Shown here: positions 31,279 through 41,999 of the stretch, in pieces
Layout: every line of letters starts with the position of its first letter
Numbering within the stretch: position 1 is the stretch's first letter
Assembly: GCA_003213515.1 (NCBI GenBank)
Contig: QCMV01000001.1
Coordinates: forward strand, 60,272-124,271
From: Pelagibacteraceae bacterium AG-422-N09
GTDB lineage: Bacteria > Pseudomonadota > Alphaproteobacteria > Pelagibacterales > AG-422-B15
Length of the DNA stretch: 64,000 bases
Direction: 5' to 3'
Notes under the pieces: model-generated
The model's database searches: none
The model's input: only the letters and a program-made list of their open reading frames with translations
What the model was told of the DNA's origin: nothing
Program-made: the position numbers and the translations under genes

Positions 31279-31854
31279 TTATTCCTTAATACAAGATAAA
31301 AGTAAGTGGTCCTCCCACTTGCCATTGATTTTCAAATACTGTCTTACTAATCCTTCAATGCAGAAATTATTTTTTTCAAGTGTCTTTAAAGAACGCTCAT
31401 TCCTTGGTAGGCACGCTGCCTCTACTCTATGTAAATTCAACTCATCAAAAATAAATTCTTTGATAAGTTTTATTGATTCACTCATTAAACCTTTACCCAT
31501 CTTAGTTTCACAAATCCAATACCCAATTGAGCAAGATTGAACTACACCTCTTTGAACATTATTTATATTAATTTCGCCAATCAAATTATTATTATTTTTT
31601 TCAAATATCAGAAAGGAATATGCATTGTCATCTAATGCAAGTTTTTCAAAATATCTTACTCTTTTTACAAATGAACTTCTTTCAAGTTCATTTGGTGACC
31701 ATGTAGGTTCCCACGGTTTTAAATATCTTTTATTTTTTTCTTTTAATGAAGACCATGATTTCCAGTCTTTATAATCAGGAGGTCTTAGGATGACGTTTTC
31801 ACCTTTCCTCTCAAATGTTATCTTTTTTGGATAATAAGTTGTTAAAAATGACAC
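31279..31854 (-). CDS. rimJ: RimJ-like GNAT N-acetyltransferase
   Basis: LKPWEP, IGYW, LHRVEAAC, YLKINGKWEDH. Confidence 0.85.
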   Translation of the reverse strand: MSFLTTYYPKKITFERKGENVILRPPDYKDWKSWSSLKEKNKRYLKPWEPTWSPNELERSSFVKRVRYFEKLALDDNAYSFLIFEKNNNNLIGEININNVQRGVVQSCSIGYWICETKMGKGLMSESIKLIKEFIFDELNLHRVEAACLPRNERSLKTLEKNNFCIEGLVRQYLKINGKWEDHLLLSCIKE

Positions 31855-33239
31855 TAGCTTATCTGCTCCCTAATGAATTCTTTAATTCGACTTGTGTTAT
31901 TTTCCATTTTATACATTTTTTCTTCAGCATCAAATAAGTAATTGTATTTACTCATTAAATTTAAATCTTCACCTATTGATTTTTCAACAACCTCAGAAAA
32001 TTTTACAGGGTGAGCTGTAGCCAAAACAAAATTAAGCCTATCCATATCTTTTTCAAATCTTGATGCATCCAGTCCTGTAGCAGTGTGGGGGTCAATAACA
32101 TATGAAAAATTATCTTTCACGGATTTGATTGTGTTTTGAACGATATCCATCGAAGAACTATTCGAGCTAAATACCTCTCGAACTTTTTCTAAATTTTCCT
32201 CAGATATTGATATTTTTCCACTTTCTTCAAAATTTTCCATTGATACTTTTGTTTCAGTATTTGATTGATTAAGTATATCAAAAAGTAATCTTTCAAAATT
32301 ACTTGCTACCTGAATATCCATACTTGGGCTTGATGTTTTTATGACTGTTTTAGATTCATATATTCCTGACTTCATAAATCTATTTAAAATATCGTTTTCG
32401 TTAGTAGCCACTATTAATTTATTGATAGGTAATCCCATTTTATATGAAACATAACCAGCATAAATATCTCCGAAGTTACCAGTTGGGACAGAAAAATTAA
32501 CTTTATTGGAAGCTCTTTCAGTAAAATTAATAAATGTATAAAAGTAATATACTGATTGAATGATAATTCTTGCCCAATTAATTGAATTAACTGCTGATAT
32601 ATTATTATGCATACTATAATCTGTATCTTTCAAAATATCTTTAACAATTTTTTGACAGTCATCAAAAGTTCCTTCTACTTCACAAAGAAAAATATTTTCC
32701 TGATTAACAGTAGACATCTGCCTTCTCTGAAATTCTGAAATCCTACCCTTAGGATATAAACAGAAAATATTTATGTTTTTACTTTTTTTTACAGCGTTGA
32801 TAGCGGCTGATCCTGTGTCACCTGATGTTGCTACTATAAGATTTATTCTTTTCTTTTCTTTTTCTAAAAAATGATCAAAAAGAGGGATAAGTAATTGCAT
32901 TGCGAAGTCTTTGAAGGCTAAAGTTGGGCCATTGAATAGCTCCACGATTATTTCGTTTGTATTAAGCTCCTTGAATGATACACAGCCACTTTCTGTAAAG
33001 TTATTTGAATACGCTTCTTTAATAATCCTCTTCAATTGGTCGGACTCTATTTCGTCACCAATAAATGGAGATAAAATAATTTCTGTTAAGTCCTCATAAC
33101 TTACATTTCGATTAATATCTTTATGATTTATATTTGGCCAATTTTCAGGAATAAATAGGCCTCCATCATTTGCTAAGCCAGCAAATAAAACTTCTCTAAA
33201 CCCAAAGTAATCGCTGCCCCTTGTGCTTCTATACCTCAT
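31854..33239 (-). CDS. thrC: Threonine synthase
   Basis: YRSTRG, GPTLAFKD, ATSGDTGSAA, NSINWAR, VPTGNFG. Confidence 0.95.
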   Translation of the reverse strand: MRYRSTRGSDYFGFREVLFAGLANDGGLFIPENWPNINHKDINRNVSYEDLTEIILSPFIGDEIESDQLKRIIKEAYSNNFTESGCVSFKELNTNEIIVELFNGPTLAFKDFAMQLLIPLFDHFLEKEKKRINLIVATSGDTGSAAINAVKKSKNINIFCLYPKGRISEFQRRQMSTVNQENIFLCEVEGTFDDCQKIVKDILKDTDYSMHNNISAVNSINWARIIIQSVYYFYTFINFTERASNKVNFSVPTGNFGDIYAGYVSYKMGLPINKLIVATNENDILNRFMKSGIYESKTVIKTSSPSMDIQVASNFERLLFDILNQSNTETKVSMENFEESGKISISEENLEKVREVFSSNSSSMDIVQNTIKSVKDNFSYVIDPHTATGLDASRFEKDMDRLNFVLATAHPVKFSEVVEKSIGEDLNLMSKYNYLFDAEEKMYKMENNTSRIKEFIREQIS

Positions 33240-33924
33240 TTTTTTGCACCTTTTGTCTAATATAGTAGATATACATTATCATAATTACAAAAGACAACAA
33301 AAACCAGGTGACAGCATACTGGAGATGATTATTTGTTATATTAGATGGTTCAAATTCAATCAGAACATTATCAGAATAGCTTTGGTCTAATAATTTTATC
33401 ATATACTTACTAGAATTTAATTTATGATATTTATCCATTTCACTAGTATTGAGTAAATACCAGGTATTTGCAATTGTATCATTTTCTGGAATAAGTGGCT
33501 TTCGATCCTTCGAATAGATTAAAGCTCCTCTGATTTCTATCTCACTATTTTTGAAAACTTCATCTAATTCAAAATTATTTTTAGAGTCAAACGGTATCCA
33601 GCCAAGTATTACATAAACAAATTTTTTGCTAATCATTTGCATTGGTAAGACAATTTCATAACCTGACTCTCCTTTAAGATTAAATTTATAAAAAAACATT
33701 TTTTTACCAGTTAATAGTTGTCCTTTTACCGAAGTATTCATGAATTCATATTGAGAGCTCTCGTCGTTTGACGGAAATTCATCTAGCACAGAATTATAAT
33801 TAGAATTAATTGACTCTATTAAATTATTTTTCCATTCAAGTCTTTGTGTTTGCCAAAAACAAAGCAAAAGAAGCAGTACGATTGTTGAAATAAATATTAA
33901 GTGGAAAAGAAGATTTTTAATCAA
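33229..33924 (-). CDS. SURF1 family protein
   Basis: WQTQRLEWK, NNHLQYAVTWF. Confidence 0.9.
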   Translation of the reverse strand: MIKNLLFHLIFISTIVLLLLLCFWQTQRLEWKNNLIESINSNYNSVLDEFPSNDESSQYEFMNTSVKGQLLTGKKMFFYKFNLKGESGYEIVLPMQMISKKFVYVILGWIPFDSKNNFELDEVFKNSEIEIRGALIYSKDRKPLIPENDTIANTWYLLNTSEMDKYHKLNSSKYMIKLLDQSYSDNVLIEFEPSNITNNHLQYAVTWFLLSFVIMIMYIYYIRQKVQKNEV

Positions 33925-33936
33925 TTAAAGTAATTA

Positions 33937-34737
33937 TTAATATGAGCCCCAAACATAAATTGCTGCAAATAAAAATAGCCAAACAACATCAACAAAATGC
34001 CAATACCAAGCAGCAGCCTCAAACCCAAAATGATGGTCAGATTTAAAATGGCCAGCAATCGATCTTCCAAGGCAAACAATTAAGAATATTGTTCCAATTA
34101 GAACATGAAAGCCATGAAAGCCAGTCGCCATATAAAAAGTTGCTCCATAGATGTGCCCAGAAAATGAAAAATCAGCATGCATATATTCATAAACCTGAAA
34201 ACCAGTGAACACGACACCAAGTCCTACCGTACACCATAGTCCCTGTATTAGCTCTTTTCTATTGCCTTCTAGCAATGCATGATGGGCCCAGGTGACTGTT
34301 GTTCCTGATAAAAGTAAGATTAACGTGTTGATTAGAGGTATATGCCATGGATCCATTAGGTGAATATCTGGTGGAGGCCATATAGCTCCTATTTGTTCTG
34401 TAGGGAATAAACTTGCGTTGAAATATGCCCAAAACCAAGCAACAAAGAACATAACTTCTGATGCAATAAATAAAGTCATGCCGTATCTAAGGCCAATTTG
34501 AACAACTGGAGTGTGATGACCTTGATGTTCGCCCTCTATAATCACATCTCTAAACCACATGTATGAGACATAGATAACAATTGCTAAACCAATTATCATT
34601 GTCCAAATGTCATCGGTCCTAAAATAAACAACCGCACCAACGCATGCGATTAAAGCTCCAATCGATGCAAGAAGGGGCCAAGGACTTGGATCAACTAAAT
34701 GGTATTCATGTGTTCTTTTTGTATTTTCTGAACTCAT
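33937..34737 (-). CDS. ctaE: Cytochrome c oxidase subunit III
   Basis: HLVDPSPWP, SEVMFF, TGFHGFHV, WYWHFVDVVW. Confidence 0.96.
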   Translation of the reverse strand: MSSENTKRTHEYHLVDPSPWPLLASIGALIACVGAVVYFRTDDIWTMIIGLAIVIYVSYMWFRDVIIEGEHQGHHTPVVQIGLRYGMTLFIASEVMFFVAWFWAYFNASLFPTEQIGAIWPPPDIHLMDPWHIPLINTLILLLSGTTVTWAHHALLEGNRKELIQGLWCTVGLGVVFTGFQVYEYMHADFSFSGHIYGATFYMATGFHGFHVLIGTIFLIVCLGRSIAGHFKSDHHFGFEAAAWYWHFVDVVWLFLFAAIYVWGSY

Positions 34738-34743
34738 ATATAA

Positions 34744-35280
34744 TTATGTATCACTGTTTTCATAAAAGGTATAGGACAAAGTAACTTCTGATAAATCAGA
34801 AATGTATTTATCATTTTCAATTTCAGGATCTATAAAAAATGAAACTGGCATAATTTTAGTTTCGTTAGCTATGAGCTCCGTTTCTTGAAAACAAAAGCAT
34901 TCAATTTTATTAAAGTACTTACCTGCCTCAGTTGGTGATACATTATAAACAGCTGTACCGCTTAGAGTTTGGTCTGTATTATTCTCTATCACATAATTAA
35001 TCAGTTTATTTTCTCCTATCTTTAATTGATGAATTCTTTGCTCAGGATAGAATTCCCAATCTAGGGTAGAACCAACGTTAGAGTCTAATCTAACATTGAT
35101 AGTTTTATCGATAGAATAAATGCTTTCAGAAGAATACACATTTGGAGTACCCCCAAATCCTGTAACTTTACAAAAATAGTTGTATAGAGGTACTGACGCA
35201 TAGGCTAAAGCGATCATGGCGATAACTATTCCTATTAGTCCAATCGCAGTAATACTGTTGTTTGACCTGATAAAATTCAT
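34744..35280 (-). CDS. ctaG: Cytochrome c oxidase assembly protein CtaG/Cox11
   Basis: VPLY..FC.VTG, YFNKIECFCF. Confidence 0.94.
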   Translation of the reverse strand: MNFIRSNNSITAIGLIGIVIAMIALAYASVPLYNYFCKVTGFGGTPNVYSSESIYSIDKTINVRLDSNVGSTLDWEFYPEQRIHQLKIGENKLINYVIENNTDQTLSGTAVYNVSPTEAGKYFNKIECFCFQETELIANETKIMPVSFFIDPEIENDKYISDLSEVTLSYTFYENSDT

Positions 35281-35385
35281 TTAAATAGTTCCCAACTTAT
35301 AAACAGTGTAAGAGAAAAATAAAGCCACAAAGAAAACTAGTACGAGGGCAGTTATTATATTTCTTTTTTTTATTTTTTTATCCAT
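35281..35385 (-). CDS. 34-aa single-TM CoxF-like small protein
   Basis: MDKKIKKRNIITALVLVFFVALFFSYTVYKLGTI*; fills the ctaB-ctaG gap exactly (TGATG overlap upstream, TAA-ATG abutting downstream). Confidence 0.8.
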   Translation of the reverse strand: MDKKIKKRNIITALVLVFFVALFFSYTVYKLGTI

Positions 35386-36314
35386 CAGTAAATATTCCAT
35401 AGTAAATTATCGATTAATAGAATTGAGAAAATATTAAACAGATAAATAATTGAAAAATAAAATAGCATTTGAGCTTTTCGCTCAAGCAAGCCATTTTTCA
35501 ACCACGATCTTTTGAGATCAAACGCCAAATAAATGAAAAAAATACTTAGAGCTGTTGACGAAACCCCAAAAAACAAAGAATAGTATGAACTCATAATTAA
35601 AGTAAGTGGCAATAAGGTAATCGAATATGCGATAATTAAATTTATCGTTTTACGCTCACCAACAATCAGTGGCATCATTGGAATTCCAGCCTTTTTATAA
35701 TCATCAGATTTATAAAGTGCAAGAGCCCAGAAATGAGGAGGCGTCCACAGAAAAATTAACATGAAAAGAAGGCAAATCTCAGTTGAGACTCCTCCTGTCA
35801 CAACTGCCCAACCGATCATCGGAGGAAAGGCTCCCGCTGCACCCCCTATCACAATATTTTGAGGTGTCCTCTTTTTAAGCCATATTGTGTAAACAAATAT
35901 ATAAAAGCAAATTGTCATTAAAAGTAATCCTGCGGCTGCTAAATTTGAAACCAAGTAAAGCATTGATACAGCAATTATTGAGAGTGTTATGCCGAAGATG
36001 AGTGCCCCATTAGCGCTTATTTGGTTTGTTGGCAAAGCTCGATCTTTTGTTCTATTCATTAATTTGTCAGTATCTCTCTCATACCACATGTTTAGTGCTC
36101 CTGACGCACCAGAACCAATTGAGATAGCAAGAATTGCGAGCAAACCTTTAGTAAAACTTAAACTTCCAGGTGCGATTATCATTCCTACAAAGCTTGTAAA
36201 TATAGAAAGTGACATGACCCTTGGTTTAAGCAAGGAGGTATAAAGAACTAGTTTTGTCGCAATAGAACCTAGCCCAAATTCCTGTTTGTTAGAAACTGAG
36301 GTAATATTTGCCAT
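35385..36314 (-). CDS. ctaB: Protoheme IX farnesyltransferase
   Basis: LKPRVMSL, D..MNRT..R.LP, NIVIGGAAGAFPP, WTPPHFWAL. Confidence 0.95.
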   Translation of the reverse strand: MANITSVSNKQEFGLGSIATKLVLYTSLLKPRVMSLSIFTSFVGMIIAPGSLSFTKGLLAILAISIGSGASGALNMWYERDTDKLMNRTKDRALPTNQISANGALIFGITLSIIAVSMLYLVSNLAAAGLLLMTICFYIFVYTIWLKKRTPQNIVIGGAAGAFPPMIGWAVVTGGVSTEICLLFMLIFLWTPPHFWALALYKSDDYKKAGIPMMPLIVGERKTINLIIAYSITLLPLTLIMSSYYSLFFGVSSTALSIFFIYLAFDLKRSWLKNGLLERKAQMLFYFSIIYLFNIFSILLIDNLLWNIY

Positions 36315-36322
36315 TGTAATTT

Positions 36323-37933
<1,611 letters not shown>

Positions 37934-37961
37934 TTATATGTTTCTCCTCTAAATAAATATT

Positions 37962-38789
37962 TTATTTTTTAGCTATTTCAAATGTATCGTCACTGTAATT
38001 AATCTCTAGAGATGCATACTCAGATTTAGCAAATTCGATCCACTCTTCAAACTCTTTGTTTGAGACGACTTTTACATTAATTGGCATAAATGCATGTTTT
38101 GGACCACAAAGCTCTGAGCATTGGCCATAATAAATTCCTTCTTTATTAGCCTTAAACCATGTTTCATTCAATCTTCCTGGTACAGCATCCATCTTGACAC
38201 CAAATGCTGGAATTGTCCAAGCGTGCAGAACATCTGCCGAAGTTAACTGAAGCTTGACCACTTTATCTACTGGTACAACAATTTGAGTATCAGTCTCTAA
38301 CAATCTTAACTTTGGATCTGATAGCTCATGATCAGCAAGCATGTTAGCATCAAAAGAGATATCATCGAAATCGGGGTACTCGTAAGTCCAATACCATTGA
38401 TTGCCGATAGCCTTAATTGTTATATCTGCCTTTGGTATTGTTTCAGAAACGTAAAGTAATCTGAAAGATGGAATAGCAATAATAATTAACAATATTACTG
38501 GAATTACAGTCCACAATATTTCAATTGTTGTGTTATGTGTTGTCGTGGAAGCAACATGATTACGGCTGCTATTAAATCTGAACATTATATATAGCAGAAG
38601 ACCAAGTACTAAAAGTGATATGCCTGTAATGATAGGCATTAAAATATAACTATGAAATGATATAATATCAGACATTAAATCAGTTGCAGGCTGTTGAAAG
38701 CTTAGCTGCCAATTTTCAGAAATGCCTTCATTTGCTAGAGAAAAAGAGGGTATAAGAAGAAAAAATAATATCTTAATAATATTTTTCAT
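37962..38789 (-). CDS. coxB: Cytochrome c oxidase subunit II
   Basis: QWYWTYEY, DVLHAW, CSELCGPKHAFMP (CuA). Confidence 0.96.
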   Translation of the reverse strand: MKNIIKILFFLLIPSFSLANEGISENWQLSFQQPATDLMSDIISFHSYILMPIITGISLLVLGLLLYIMFRFNSSRNHVASTTTHNTTIEILWTVIPVILLIIIAIPSFRLLYVSETIPKADITIKAIGNQWYWTYEYPDFDDISFDANMLADHELSDPKLRLLETDTQIVVPVDKVVKLQLTSADVLHAWTIPAFGVKMDAVPGRLNETWFKANKEGIYYGQCSELCGPKHAFMPINVKVVSNKEFEEWIEFAKSEYASLEINYSDDTFEIAKK

Positions 38790-38867
38790 AGAGAAGTTAT
38801 TGATTTAAAGTTTTGAGCTATTACGTAATATATACTGCTTAATTTGCATTAAACTACTCATTATTTC

Positions 38868-38882
38868 GCGACAGTTTGACGC
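38868..38882. promoter_or_regulatory. Candidate RegA/PrrA/RegR binding box
   Basis: GCGAC-AGTTT-GACGC fits GCGNC-N5-GNCGC in an otherwise AT-rich spacer about 80 nt upstream of coxB. Confidence 0.6.
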
Positions 38883-38952
38883 AATTTTTGCTAGTTTTTA
38901 GGGTTTTTTTAATATATTTTATAATAATATCTTTTATTCAGAACAATTCGAA

Positions 38953-40401
38953 ATGATTAACAAAAAAATAGAGAATCAATCCAATGACAGCCTCTTTTTC
39001 ACTAGAAGCAATTTAGATAACTCAAGAGTTGATAAAATTGTTTCAGATGCCTTGCACAAAGCAGATGATGGAGAACTATTCATGGAATTCTGTGAAAGTG
39101 AGAGCTTTGTATACGATGATCAAAGACTAAAAAGTGCATCATTTGATACATCAAAGGGTTTTGGATTAAGAGCTATAGCCGGTGAAAGTTCAGGATACGC
39201 TCATTCATCTGATATTGATGAAAATGCACTAAAAAAAGCTAGTGAAACAGTAAATTTTATTACAAAAGATCATAATGCAAATTTCAACGCTAATTTCTCA
39301 AAAACCAACCGTAAACTTTACAATGAGATCAATCCAATTAATGAAACTGAATTCTCAGAAAAAGTAGAAACTCTAAAAAAAATTGATGAATACGCGAGAT
39401 CAAAAAATCCAAATGTTAAGCAAGTTTCGGCTTCTCTAAACGGTGAATGGCAGGCCGTGAGAATTTATAGACCTGGTGGAATTATGATTGAAGATCTTCG
39501 CCCTCTAGTGAGACTTTATGTATCCATCGTTCTCGAAAAGGATGGACGTCAGGAAAATGGCAGCAGAGGCTCAGGTGGTAGAGTAGATTACTCAACTTTC
39601 TTAAATTCCTCTCATTGGCAAAATCAGGTAGATGAAGCAATCAATCAAGCCGAGATAAATCTTACTTCCGTTGACACACCTGCAGGTGAAATGGATGTAG
39701 TTCTTGGACCAGGTTACCCGGGTGTACTGCTACATGAAGCAATTGGACATGGACTTGAGGGTGATTTTAATAGGAAAAAAACCTCTGCATTCTCTAACCT
39801 TATGGGAGAAAAAATTGCAGACGAGTCGGTGACGGTTGTTGACGATGGAACAATTGACTCTCGTCGAGGATCTCTAAGCGTTGATGATGAGGGTACACCA
39901 ACTAATTGTACAACATTAATTGAAAATGGAATTTTAACTGGTTACATGCAGGACAGATTAAACTCAAAACTGATGGGCGTTAATCCTACAGGGAATGGCA
40001 GAAGAGAAAGTTATGCTCACTTACCCATGCCTCGTATGACAAATACATATATGTTGTCGGGTAATCGCCATCCGGAAGAAATTCTAAAATCAGTTAAGAA
40101 TGGTCTATATGCTGTGGATTTCGGCGGTGGCCAGGTTGACATAACAAGTGGTAAGTTTGTATTCACTTGTACTGAAGCTTACAAAATAGAAAATGGTAAA
40201 GTTACAAACCCTGTAAAAGGTGCAACGCTTATTGGTAACGGTCCTGATGTGTTAAAAAGAGTTAAGATGGTTGGTAACGACTCAAAAATGGATACAGGTA
40301 TTGGAACGTGCGGTAAAGACGGTCAAAGTGTTCCGGTTGGAGTAGGTCAGCCTACTATGTTGATAGAAAATCTTACTGTTGGAGGCACGGCTACAGCTTA
40401 G
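38953..40401 (+). CDS. tldD: Metalloprotease TldD
   Basis: LLHEAIGHGLEGDFNRK, PMPRMTNT, CGKDGQ.VPVG. Confidence 0.95.
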   Translation: MINKKIENQSNDSLFFTRSNLDNSRVDKIVSDALHKADDGELFMEFCESESFVYDDQRLKSASFDTSKGFGLRAIAGESSGYAHSSDIDENALKKASETVNFITKDHNANFNANFSKTNRKLYNEINPINETEFSEKVETLKKIDEYARSKNPNVKQVSASLNGEWQAVRIYRPGGIMIEDLRPLVRLYVSIVLEKDGRQENGSRGSGGRVDYSTFLNSSHWQNQVDEAINQAEINLTSVDTPAGEMDVVLGPGYPGVLLHEAIGHGLEGDFNRKKTSAFSNLMGEKIADESVTVVDDGTIDSRRGSLSVDDEGTPTNCTTLIENGILTGYMQDRLNSKLMGVNPTGNGRRESYAHLPMPRMTNTYMLSGNRHPEEILKSVKNGLYAVDFGGGQVDITSGKFVFTCTEAYKIENGKVTNPVKGATLIGNGPDVLKRVKMVGNDSKMDTGIGTCGKDGQSVPVGVGQPTMLIENLTVGGTATA

Positions 40402-41963
40402 CTTACTTGTCTCTCTTGATCCTTCCAATACGGTTCCCTCAATACTTTTTTTAAAACTTTTCCACTAGCATTTCTTGGAACTTCATCGATAAAATCTACT
40501 GATTGGGGTTTTTTATAGCTTGCAATTCTGTCTTTACAGAAGCTTATCAAATCATCCTCGGTTACATTTGACCCTTCCTTTTTCACAATACACGCCTTAA
40601 CTACCTCACCATATTTTTCGTCCGGAACACCAATAACCGCGGCATCAACAACATCAGGATGTGCAAATAAAGCTGCTTCAACTTCTGTTGAGTAAATATT
40701 CTCACCTCCAGACACAATCATGTCTTTTATTCTATCCTGTATAAATACAAATCCTTCTTCGTCCATTCGACCTGCATCACCTGTATGCATCCACCCACCT
40801 TTAAGCGCTTTCTCACTTTCCTCTTTTTTATTCCAATAACCTTTCATAATTTGAGGTCCCTTTGCGCAGATCTGACCTATTTCTCCAATTGGAAGAGGAT
40901 TATCATTTTCATCTCTGATTTCAACTTGTGTATCAATTGCAGGTCTTCCACATGATTTTAATAGTTCAGGTTTTTCATTTAGCGCACGAATATGTTCTTC
41001 AGGAGTCATTAAACAAATAACAGCAACGGTCTCTGTCATTCCAAAACCTTGTCCAAATTTACACTTAAAAACATCCATTGCCTTTTTTAGAGTTTCTGGA
41101 GCGATTGGCGAGGCTCCATAATGTATCTGATCTAAATCATTGTATTCATAGTTTGCAACATTTGGCACTGATACTAAGCATGCTTGAATCATCGCGGGGA
41201 CCAGTACTGTATGCGTAATTTTTTCATTTGCCAAACAATCAACTACATCTTGCGGAATAAAATCCTCTTGAATAACTATTGTTCCACCTATTGCAATGCA
41301 TCCACACATATTAATCATTGCTGCAGCATGATACATTGGCGCTACTAATAGAGTTCTTGAAGGCCTTGGTAAAGTTAAACTATTTAAGTACTGCCTAATA
41401 TTAGCAGCAACATTTCTCTGTAAAAGAACCGCGCCTTTTGGATGGCCTGTAGTACCACTTGTGTACATTTGATATACGTCATCATTTTCATGGATTTTTA
41501 AAGTTGGTTTTTCATTCGTACTATCTGAAAGCCAATCATAAAAATCCTGAAATTTTTCGATACTATTATCAAGCGATATAGAAATATATTTTTTTACATT
41601 TTTTAACTCTGATGAAATCTGATTTATTCTATTCGAATATTCATTACCTTTGACTATTATAAGTTTGGCTTCAGAATCATTTATTATGTATGCCCACTCT
41701 TGGTCCGCTAAGCGATAGTTCAGTGGAACAGGTACAGCGCCAACTTTTGATGCTGCGTAATACATAATTGCCATTTCAGTACAGTTTTTTGCAAGAAATG
41801 CAAATCTATCTCCAACTTCTAAACCCTCAGAAACTAATTTATTTGCTAATTGATTGCTTAATAAATTTGCTTCTTGATAAGAAAGTGAATTTCCTTCAAA
41901 TTCAGAGAAAGGAAAATTAGGATTTTTTTCCGCTCCATTTTCTAAATACTCATGCAATAACAT
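40398..41963 (-). CDS. Long-chain fatty acid--CoA ligase (AMP-binding family)
   Basis: YTSGTTGHPKG, GFGMTE, HTGDAG, DRIKDMIVSGGENI, PRNASGKVLK. Confidence 0.9.
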   Translation of the reverse strand: MLLHEYLENGAEKNPNFPFSEFEGNSLSYQEANLLSNQLANKLVSEGLEVGDRFAFLAKNCTEMAIMYYAASKVGAVPVPLNYRLADQEWAYIINDSEAKLIIVKGNEYSNRINQISSELKNVKKYISISLDNSIEKFQDFYDWLSDSTNEKPTLKIHENDDVYQMYTSGTTGHPKGAVLLQRNVAANIRQYLNSLTLPRPSRTLLVAPMYHAAAMINMCGCIAIGGTIVIQEDFIPQDVVDCLANEKITHTVLVPAMIQACLVSVPNVANYEYNDLDQIHYGASPIAPETLKKAMDVFKCKFGQGFGMTETVAVICLMTPEEHIRALNEKPELLKSCGRPAIDTQVEIRDENDNPLPIGEIGQICAKGPQIMKGYWNKKEESEKALKGGWMHTGDAGRMDEEGFVFIQDRIKDMIVSGGENIYSTEVEAALFAHPDVVDAAVIGVPDEKYGEVVKACIVKKEGSNVTEDDLISFCKDRIASYKKPQSVDFIDEVPRNASGKVLKKVLREPYWKDQERQVS

Positions 41964-41999
41964 GAGAAAATCTTATATAATTATTTTTATTCTACAAGC

